A stretch of 64,000 nt of DNA from contig CAZAZU010000001.1 in assembly GCA_964490105.1 (NCBI GenBank), positions 646,245-710,244 of the forward strand, written 5' to 3'. Positions 56,702-64,000 of this stretch are shown in pieces. The DNA comes from an uncultured Gammaproteobacteria bacterium (GTDB taxonomy: Bacteria; Patescibacteriota; Microgenomatia; Levybacterales; UBA12049). A program made the translations under genes and the position numbers. Every line of letters begins with the position of its first letter. The stretch's first letter is position 1. The notes beneath the pieces are model-generated. The model was not told the origin of the DNA. It did no database searches and saw only the letters and a program-made list of their open reading frames with translations.

Positions 56702-58117
56702 ATGAATAAATTTTATATTACAACAGCGATTCCGTATGTAAATGGAAAACCCCACATAGGCCATGCTCTTGAATATTTCCAAGCAGACGTAATTCGCAAT
56801 TATCATAAATTACTTGGTGAAGAAACTTTGCTTCTTTCTGGCGCAGATGAAAACGCTTTAAAAAATGTTCAAAAAGCTGAAGAGGAAAATGTTCCAGTTC
56901 AAGAATTTCTAGACAGAAACTCAAAGATTTTTGAAGACTCTTATGCAAAACTCGGAGTAAAACTTGATGTTTTCGAAAGAGGAAGTGACCCCCTTCATCA
57001 TTTCCCTGGTGTTCAAAAACTTTGGGAACTTTGTAACAAAAATGGAGATATTTATAAAAAATCTTATACTGGTCTTTATTGTGTCGGATGCGAAAGTTTT
57101 AAAACAGAAAAAGAATTAACTGACGGAAAATGTCAGGATCATCAAAAAGCTCCGGAAAAAGTAACTGAGGAAAATTATTTCTTTAAATTATCAAATTACC
57201 AAGAAAACCTTTTAAAACTGATTGAAAGTGACGAACTTAAAATTGTGCCAATCAGCAAAAGAAATGAAATTTTGTCTTTTATAAAACAGGGGCTCGAGGA
57301 CTTCAGTATTTCTAGAAGCAAAGATAGAGCTAAGGGAGTTGGAGTTCCAGTGCCCGGTGATGAAACCCAAGTTATGTATGTTTGGTTTGACGCTTTAGCA
57401 ATTTATATCACAGGAATCGGATATGGCGTGGATCAAACTATGTTTGAAAAATGGTGGCCAGCTGATGTTCATGTAATTGGAAAAGATATAAATAGATTTC
57501 ATACTGTTTATTGGCCTGCGATGCTTTTATCAGCAAGACTACCTACCCCTAAAACAGTATTAGTTCATGGATTTGTACAAAGTGGCGGAGAAAAAATGTC
57601 TAAATCTTTAGGAAATGTTATTGATCCTTTCGAGATAGCTGATAAATACGGCCTAGAACCATTTAGATATTACATGCTCTCTCAAATCCCAACAACTGAT
57701 GACGGAGATTTTACAATTGAAAGATTTATAGAGGTTTATAATTCAGATCTTGCGAATGGACTTGGAAACCTAGTAGCAAGAGTTGCAAGACTTTGTGAAA
57801 AAGTAGAATTAGATAAAATCCCGGAATCAAACTTAAGCGAAGAGTACAAATCAAAATTTGAAGAATATAAATTTCATGAATTTATAGGAAATATTTGGGG
57901 AAGAATTTCAGAAATTGATCAGGAGATTGAAAGAGAACAGCCTTGGAAAATTGAAGACTTAGAAAAACTTAAAACCTTATTACAAAATTGGGCGGAAAGA
58001 ATAAATCAAATTGCATTTGAGCTAAAACCCTTCTTACCAGAAACCTCAGAAAAAATTCAAAATATTTTTAATGAATCAAAAGTTAAATCTACTTCCCCGC
58101 TTTTTCCGAGAATTTAA
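56702..58117 (+). CDS. metG: Methionine--tRNA ligase (monomeric short form)
   Basis: YVNGKPHIGH, YVWFDAL, GKDI.RFH, KMSKS. Confidence 0.96.
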   Translation: MNKFYITTAIPYVNGKPHIGHALEYFQADVIRNYHKLLGEETLLLSGADENALKNVQKAEEENVPVQEFLDRNSKIFEDSYAKLGVKLDVFERGSDPLHHFPGVQKLWELCNKNGDIYKKSYTGLYCVGCESFKTEKELTDGKCQDHQKAPEKVTEENYFFKLSNYQENLLKLIESDELKIVPISKRNEILSFIKQGLEDFSISRSKDRAKGVGVPVPGDETQVMYVWFDALAIYITGIGYGVDQTMFEKWWPADVHVIGKDINRFHTVYWPAMLLSARLPTPKTVLVHGFVQSGGEKMSKSLGNVIDPFEIADKYGLEPFRYYMLSQIPTTDDGDFTIERFIEVYNSDLANGLGNLVARVARLCEKVELDKIPESNLSEEYKSKFEEYKFHEFIGNIWGRISEIDQEIEREQPWKIEDLEKLKTLLQNWAERINQIAFELKPFLPETSEKIQNIFNESKVKSTSPLFPRI

Positions 58118-59568
58118 AAAGGCTTCTTCTCAACTGTATAAATTCTAGAAGTACCGAACTGTTTATATATTTTTATAGTTCCATCTTTTTCCATATTTGA
58201 TAGTCCTGCAAGAAAATCTTCTCTTACTGCTAAAAGATTAAGAATATTCCACTCTGGTGCAGTGTCCACTAATAAATATTGCGGCTCTCCTGCCCACTTA
58301 AACCATTCGCAAACAGGTCTTCCGCAAGGAGAATTTTTTTTAAATTCTTTTTTCTCTCCCCACATCGTAATAACAAATTTTCTATTTGACACATGCGGAG
58401 AAATATTTGTTTGAGTAACTATATAAGCGTCTTTTGGAATTTCATCAATTGCCAATTTTATATTTTTTACTCCAGATGGCTCTGTCCAAAACCAGTTCTT
58501 AGATAGATATGTTAACGGTGCATGAAGCAAATATGTGGTTATTGCTGCGAAGAAAAAAATGTAAATCGCTATATATTTAGTATTTAATTTTTTATATTTT
58601 CCAATTATTAAAATCGTAGGCCATACTAATAGTATCGCTGAGGTAACTCTATAATGACCGAACAAACCTTGCGCTGATGTAACCCTTTCGTTTCCCAAAA
58701 CAAAATAATGACCTAAGTCTGCGAAAAATGGAATTAGAAAAAATGGATTTAAAAAACTAATAAATCCATTTGAAATAAATGAATAAAAGAATACATCTCT
58801 TTTTTCAGGAGTATTGAAAAACTCTCGTAAATCTATTCCTGATAGTAAACCGCTATCTCCCGCATAAGTATAACCCCATGTAAAATTTGGATAATAAATA
58901 AAAAATAATACAAAAATATAAATAAAAGAAATCAGCATAATAACTAAATTAATTTTTTTCTTAGTTAAAATTAGATAAACAAACGAAACAAAAAACGTTA
59001 TGAACCCCATATCCTCTTTACTGGTCAATGCTAATAAGAAAAATAAAAATGACAGTTTAATTTTTCCAATATCAAGAAGATAAATAAAAATTGCCAGAAA
59101 GCTCACTCCAAAAACCAGACTATGAACATCAGACCAAAGCGCAAACTGCACACCATAAAAAGTGAAGTATGAAAAAAGAAGAGAAAAAGAAATTAACGTG
59201 TTGAGTTTATATTTCCTGGTTAATAAGAATACAAAAAAACCTGAGACAGAAAAAACTAAAGCCTGCAGAATTATTAGAGTTCTAGCGTCAGGCAGTATCC
59301 AATAAAAGGGCGCTATTAAAATATAGATAAATTCAATATGATCAAAAAAAGCTGGCATAAAAGGATAAGCATGCCCTGTCATTACTGGCGGAATAAATCT
59401 GCTATATTCCCAAGCAATTTGATTTACTAAAGAAAGATCGTATCCAGTAAGAAAATGTGCATGCTTTACGAGACCAAGAGTAAGATAAGCTAGGAGAAAT
59501 ACTAAACAAAAAGCTGCTGCAAAGTAATATTCTTTATTCTTTTTGAAACTTCTAATAAGCTTCTGCAC
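58114..59568 (-). CDS. DUF2079-like polytopic membrane protein (GT-C-like)
   Basis: YDL....Q..W, DH, LLILQ-like, KED motifs; many TMs. Confidence 0.7.
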   Translation of the reverse strand: MQKLIRSFKKNKEYYFAAAFCLVFLLAYLTLGLVKHAHFLTGYDLSLVNQIAWEYSRFIPPVMTGHAYPFMPAFFDHIEFIYILIAPFYWILPDARTLIILQALVFSVSGFFVFLLTRKYKLNTLISFSLLFSYFTFYGVQFALWSDVHSLVFGVSFLAIFIYLLDIGKIKLSFLFFLLALTSKEDMGFITFFVSFVYLILTKKKINLVIMLISFIYIFVLFFIYYPNFTWGYTYAGDSGLLSGIDLREFFNTPEKRDVFFYSFISNGFISFLNPFFLIPFFADLGHYFVLGNERVTSAQGLFGHYRVTSAILLVWPTILIIGKYKKLNTKYIAIYIFFFAAITTYLLHAPLTYLSKNWFWTEPSGVKNIKLAIDEIPKDAYIVTQTNISPHVSNRKFVITMWGEKKEFKKNSPCGRPVCEWFKWAGEPQYLLVDTAPEWNILNLLAVREDFLAGLSNMEKDGTIKIYKQFGTSRIYTVEKKPF

Positions 59569-59618
59569 AGAATTATTATAGACTATTATGGTAATTTATT
59601 TAGAAACTGATTTTAAAC

Positions 59619-59786
59619 TTATGGAGTAGATACACCGAGGACTGCTTGACCTACTGAAGAATAAAGTAAAAATGCTCCGATTAATACTCCGACCATTCCT
59701 GCAAGCATAGTAAATAATACTACACCCATAATATTTTGATCTGTGTAGAGCTTAAAGTGCTTATATTGTGCTTTTCTTTTTGCCAT
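59619..59786 (-). CDS. Small 55-aa single-TM protein not in ORF track
   Basis: MAKRKAQYKHFKLYTDQNIMGVVLFTMLAGMVGVLIGAFLLYSSVGQAVLGVSTP. Confidence 0.55.
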   Translation of the reverse strand: MAKRKAQYKHFKLYTDQNIMGVVLFTMLAGMVGVLIGAFLLYSSVGQAVLGVSTP

Positions 59787-59845
59787 TAATTATATTAAGC
59801 AACAATCTTAAGACTTTGTCAAGAAGAAATTATATAATTAGTATT

Positions 59846-60652
59846 ATGGTAGATGTACACTGTCATCTTAACTTTAAATCCTTCAGGGAAGATTTCGATA
59901 AAGTCATAAAACAAGCCAAAGAAGAAGGCGTGGAAATAATAATCAATACAGGCACGAGTCTTGAATCCAGCAAACGGGCTGTTGAGTTAGCGAATGAGTA
60001 TGAAAACCTATATGCAATAGTTGGAATTCACCCTCATCATGCAGATAAAGTTAGTCCCGGTTGGGATAAAGAGCTTGAAAAAATAGCGACATCATCTAAT
60101 AAAATTGTGGGAATTGGTGAAATAGGGCTAGACTATTATTCATATGCATCAAATGGAATCGTTGAGCCCAAACTTCAAAAAGAAGTTTTTATAAAACAGC
60201 TAGAACTTGCTCATAAACTTAAGCTTCCCCTTCAAATTCATAACCGCCAAGCTGGAAACGATATTCTAGAAATTCTAAACACGCATTCTTCTTTAATAAA
60301 TCAGAATAAACCAGGAATGTTTCATTGCATGTCAGGAAACGTTGAATTTTTACAAAAAGTTCTTATGCTAGGTTTCCTTGTAGGCTTTGACGGAAATATA
60401 ACATATGAAGGAATTGCCAAAGGCGAGGATACTGCTCTTTCTGAGTTAGTAAAGAATTCTCCATTAGAGAAAATAGTAACTGAAACAGATTCACCTTATT
60501 TAACTCCCCAGCCTCATAGACATAGTCGCAACATTCCTTCCTATGTTATAATTATCGCAGCAGAAATAGGTAAAATAAAAGGCATTGATTCCAAAGAAGT
60601 TGAGGCTAAAACTTCAGAAAACGCAAAAAACTTATTCAACCTGACGTCCTAG
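59846..60652 (+). CDS. tatD: TatD-family hydrolase
   Basis: DVHCH, GIHP, GEIGLDY, H.R, ETDSPYL; start moved to ATG 59846. Confidence 0.92.
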   Translation: MVDVHCHLNFKSFREDFDKVIKQAKEEGVEIIINTGTSLESSKRAVELANEYENLYAIVGIHPHHADKVSPGWDKELEKIATSSNKIVGIGEIGLDYYSYASNGIVEPKLQKEVFIKQLELAHKLKLPLQIHNRQAGNDILEILNTHSSLINQNKPGMFHCMSGNVEFLQKVLMLGFLVGFDGNITYEGIAKGEDTALSELVKNSPLEKIVTETDSPYLTPQPHRHSRNIPSYVIIIAAEIGKIKGIDSKEVEAKTSENAKNLFNLTS

Positions 60653-60664
60653 ATCAAACCAGAT

Positions 60665-62158
60665 ATGACTGAATTCTTTAATAAAATTTTTACTCGCTAT
60701 CCCATTAAAACTCACAGGTCATTATCTGCTCTTCCGGGAATAACCTCTTGGACATTAATACTTTTCCCAGTCTGGGGATCAATTTTTGTTCCATATTTAG
60801 TTGCATATTTTATCCTTTTCTTTGATGTTTATTGGTTCTACCGATCTTTTTCTTTAATGTTCACAGCTTACCTAGGCTCAAAGAAAATTAAAGAAGCAGA
60901 ACTAAAAAACTGGCTCGAAAAAGGAGAAAAATTAGAAAATTTTGAAAAAGTTAACCATATAGTAATAATCCCTAACTATAAAGAAACTGAGGAAAAACTA
61001 CGAAGAATTGTGGGAACCATTGCAGCTCAAACTTTCCCTTCAAAAAGAATTTATGTAGTTTTAGCTATGGAAAAAAGAGAAGACTCAGCCTACAAGAAAG
61101 CCTCGAGAATTATAAAAGATTTTGAAAATGTATTTGGGGGAATTTATGCCACATATCATCCTGATATTCCAGGAGAAGTAAAAGGAAAATCATCAAATGA
61201 ATCGTTTGCCGCCAAAGAAATTAATAAGATTTTAATTGACACAAATATTATTGATGTAAATTATACGACAGTCACCACTGCTGATGCTGACTCTATGTTT
61301 GACAGACAGTATTTTGCATACTTGGCTTTTGACTTCTTAAAAGAGGAAAAAAGATACAACAGATTCTGGCAATCAGCAAACGTAGATCACAATAATTTCT
61401 GGAGCGTTCCAGCAGCAAGTCGAGTTTTCTCATTCTTCTCAAGTCTTCACAGAACCGGTCTATTGGTTCAGGGAGACAGATTAATAGCAACTTCCACTTA
61501 TTCACTTTCCTTTTTACTATTAAAACGTATCGGATATTGGGATACAGACGTAATTCCTGAGGATTACAGAGTTTTCTTTAAAGCTTTTTTCATGATGAAA
61601 GGAGATATCTCAGCAAACCCAATTTTCCTAAAGACTTCTATGGACTCTCCGCTCTCCCCGACTTACATAGGAAGTCTTAAAAATAAATACTCTCAAATAA
61701 GACGCTGGAGCTACGGCGCATCTGATGATCCGTTATTTATAAAATGGTGGTTCACTGTTCCAGGTGTTCCATTTGTTAGAAAAACAAAAATTCTTTTTCA
61801 TGTTTTATTAGATCATTTTCTTTGGCCAGCAAATTGGTTTATATTAACAATTGCAACAAGTGTAATTACTTTAGTAAATCCTGAATTCTCTAGAACCTCA
61901 CTTGGATACAGTCTTCCAATTATGGCTCGAATAATTCTTACCTCTTCGCTCATAGCGTTAGTCGTAATGGTAGTAATTGATTACAGAAACAGACCAAAAC
62001 ATCTAAGCAAATCTCGAACTCGCGAACTACTTTTCCCTCTAGAATTTATCCTCATGCCAATCGCAGGATTTTTCCTAAATTCTTTGCCTGCAATAATCTC
62101 TCATACTCAACTAATGTTAGGACGAAAAATGGAATATAAAGTTACTGAAAAATTATGA
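60665..62158 (+). CDS. Membrane GT2 glycosyltransferase (processive-like)
   Basis: IIPNYKE, GKSSN, DAD, ED, QIRRW motifs with flanking TMs. Confidence 0.85.
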   Translation: MTEFFNKIFTRYPIKTHRSLSALPGITSWTLILFPVWGSIFVPYLVAYFILFFDVYWFYRSFSLMFTAYLGSKKIKEAELKNWLEKGEKLENFEKVNHIVIIPNYKETEEKLRRIVGTIAAQTFPSKRIYVVLAMEKREDSAYKKASRIIKDFENVFGGIYATYHPDIPGEVKGKSSNESFAAKEINKILIDTNIIDVNYTTVTTADADSMFDRQYFAYLAFDFLKEEKRYNRFWQSANVDHNNFWSVPAASRVFSFFSSLHRTGLLVQGDRLIATSTYSLSFLLLKRIGYWDTDVIPEDYRVFFKAFFMMKGDISANPIFLKTSMDSPLSPTYIGSLKNKYSQIRRWSYGASDDPLFIKWWFTVPGVPFVRKTKILFHVLLDHFLWPANWFILTIATSVITLVNPEFSRTSLGYSLPIMARIILTSSLIALVVMVVIDYRNRPKHLSKSRTRELLFPLEFILMPIAGFFLNSLPAIISHTQLMLGRKMEYKVTEKL

Positions 62159-63612
62159 AACTTTTTTCGCGTCTAGAAAAAAGCAAATCGTTTTGGTTTT
62201 TATTAATAATTTCCGTAGTCTTCTTTTTTCTTCGCTGGCCAAGCCTCTTTGAACCCTACTGGTACGGTGATGAGGGAATCTATCAGGCAGTCGGTATGTT
62301 AATTAACAGCGATGAATCTCTGTATATAGGTGCATGGGATAACAAGCCTCCGCTTCTTTATGTACTCTATGCCCTTTTTAATTCTGATCAATTTGCGTTA
62401 AGAACGCTCTCGTTATTCTTTGGACTCTTCTCAGTATGGGCATTTTATTTTACAGTAAAAAGATTACTTCCAAAATCTAAATATGGCGCAACTATTTCAA
62501 CCTCTCTTTATGCATTCGCATTTGGAACAAGATTAATTGAAGGAAATATCGCAAATGCAGAAAATTTCATGCTTTTACCAATTCTGACATCAGCATACTT
62601 AATCATATCCGGAGACTATATTAAAAAAGCATGGCATTTTAGATTTCATTTGTTATCTGGTTTTTTCATGAGTATCGCTTTCTTAACAAAAATTGTCGCT
62701 ATTTTTGATTTTATGGCTTTATTATTTTTTATCTTAATAGATCATGAAAAAGATTTAAAAGATAAATTTGGGAATAGAGCCTTACCATTCATATTAGGAT
62801 TCGTTGTTCCGGTAATTTCAATATTGGGTTATTTTTTCCTTACTAATAATTTTAAAGATGCAATAAATGGTTTTCTTTTTAGCAATGTTGGGTACGTCGG
62901 ATACGGAAACGAATTTATAATTCCTCAGGGACTTCTATATATTAAAGCAGGACTTCTTGCGGCATTTTTAATATTTATTTTCTGGAAAAAGAAAAATATT
63001 CCCAGGAACGTTTTATTTGCTTCCGTTTGGTTCGCGTTCTCACTTTTTAGCGCCTTTTTTGCACAGCGTCCATACACCCACTATTTAATAATGCTTCTAC
63101 CAAGCTTTTGCTTGATGGTGGGAACAATTATAGAAGAAAAGAAAACAAGAATCTTATTAATATTTTTTTTAGTAGCAGGATATTTAGCAATAATAAATAC
63201 TTTTAATTTAAAAGGGAAAATCATCCAGCATTATACAAATATAATTGCATTCTGCAGCGATAAAAAAGATCTCTCATCCTACCAAGCATTTTTTGATGGA
63301 AATACTCCCAGAGATTACGAGCTTGCAGCATACATTAAGGCAAATACATCCAAAGATGAGTTAATTTTTATCTGGGGAAATAATGCACAAGTTTATAAAC
63401 TAGCAGAAAAAACTCCCATCATGCGCTATACTGTCGCATATCATATTACAAATTACCCGACGGGATTATCTGAAATGGAAAACGCTATTAGAACTAAATC
63501 GCCAAAATTAATTATCGTTATGCCAAATGTTCCAGAGTTCCCAATGAAGCTCACAAACTATGAAGAAAAAATTGACATAAGAGGAGTAAAAATTTATGAG
63601 AAAGTATTTTAA
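62155..63612 (+). CDS. GT-C superfamily (ArnT/PMT-like) glycosyltransferase
   Basis: DEGIY, WDNKPP, multi-TM. Confidence 0.8.
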   Translation: MKLFSRLEKSKSFWFLLIISVVFFFLRWPSLFEPYWYGDEGIYQAVGMLINSDESLYIGAWDNKPPLLYVLYALFNSDQFALRTLSLFFGLFSVWAFYFTVKRLLPKSKYGATISTSLYAFAFGTRLIEGNIANAENFMLLPILTSAYLIISGDYIKKAWHFRFHLLSGFFMSIAFLTKIVAIFDFMALLFFILIDHEKDLKDKFGNRALPFILGFVVPVISILGYFFLTNNFKDAINGFLFSNVGYVGYGNEFIIPQGLLYIKAGLLAAFLIFIFWKKKNIPRNVLFASVWFAFSLFSAFFAQRPYTHYLIMLLPSFCLMVGTIIEEKKTRILLIFFLVAGYLAIINTFNLKGKIIQHYTNIIAFCSDKKDLSSYQAFFDGNTPRDYELAAYIKANTSKDELIFIWGNNAQVYKLAEKTPIMRYTVAYHITNYPTGLSEMENAIRTKSPKLIIVMPNVPEFPMKLTNYEEKIDIRGVKIYEKVF

Positions 63613-63949
63613 TTCTTTAAAAAAAGATAGATTAATTTTTAGACTTTATATTGGAACATTTGTTTTAATAGCAGTAACAGCAGGATATATTTTAATAAAC
63701 CTCGGAAATCTTCCTCCATTAATTCCTGTTTTCAATCAGATGCCTTGGGGCGAGGAGAGACTAAGTTCAACTTTCGGAATTTTTATCCCCTCCATTATCA
63801 CGTCAGTAATATTTTTTGTAAATATAATTTTATCAGCTGTAAGCTACAATACCTCTCCTCTTATTTCAAGATTAATCGCAATAACAAGTTTTTTAACAGC
63901 ACTCTTAACTTTTCTTTTTATCGTTAGGACAATTACGCTAATCATATAA
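63596..63949 (+). CDS. DUF1648-like membrane protein
   Basis: LPP.IP.F...PWG motif between TMs. Confidence 0.6.
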   Translation: MRKYFNSLKKDRLIFRLYIGTFVLIAVTAGYILINLGNLPPLIPVFNQMPWGEERLSSTFGIFIPSIITSVIFFVNIILSAVSYNTSPLISRLIAITSFLTALLTFLFIVRTITLII

Positions 63950-64000
63950 ATGGAAAACGTTTTAAACAATTTGATTTTCCTGCCTTTCTTAGTAGCGTTT
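63950..64000 (+). CDS. 5' end of a membrane protein (truncated by window)
   Basis: ATG directly after previous stop; MENVLNNLIFLPFLVAF. Confidence 0.45.
   Translation, partial: MENVLNNLIFLPFLVAF

Noticed and set aside
1-64000. tRNA, rRNA, IS elements, recoded stop codons
   Set aside because: None recognised by eye; long conserved ORFs are intact under code 11 and several end in TGA

Overview
AT-rich, gene-dense bacterial chromosome segment read with the standard code (TGA is a stop). Gene content and streamlined proteins (short AlaS, IF2 and MetG, type II DnaJ, baseplate-J-like protein plus sortase, AMP phosphorylase, TM-anchored Clp ATPase) suggest a Patescibacteria/CPR genome, probably Microgenomates (inference). 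Layout: CsoR-controlled copper operon (1-4.1 kb); an accessory region of orphans, a frameshifted marC and a defence locus (GIY-YIG/helicase/MTase fusion, MTase-like partner, DpnI-like nuclease; 4.4-15.5 kb); a promoter- and terminator-bounded, highly structured ~300-nt putative ncRNA (15.55-15.88 kb, the best novelty candidate); then mainly core genes (alaS, mltG, ftsK, rnj, pnp, rpsO, infB, nusA, pyrC, dnaJ, glmS, dnaK-grpE-hrcA, metG, tatD, glycosyltransferases). Many first-in-operon genes have a -10 hexamer only 6-10 nt before the start codon, implying widespread leaderless mRNAs. No tRNA, rRNA, CRISPR array, transposase or integrase was recognised. All calls are by eye; no database searches were run.
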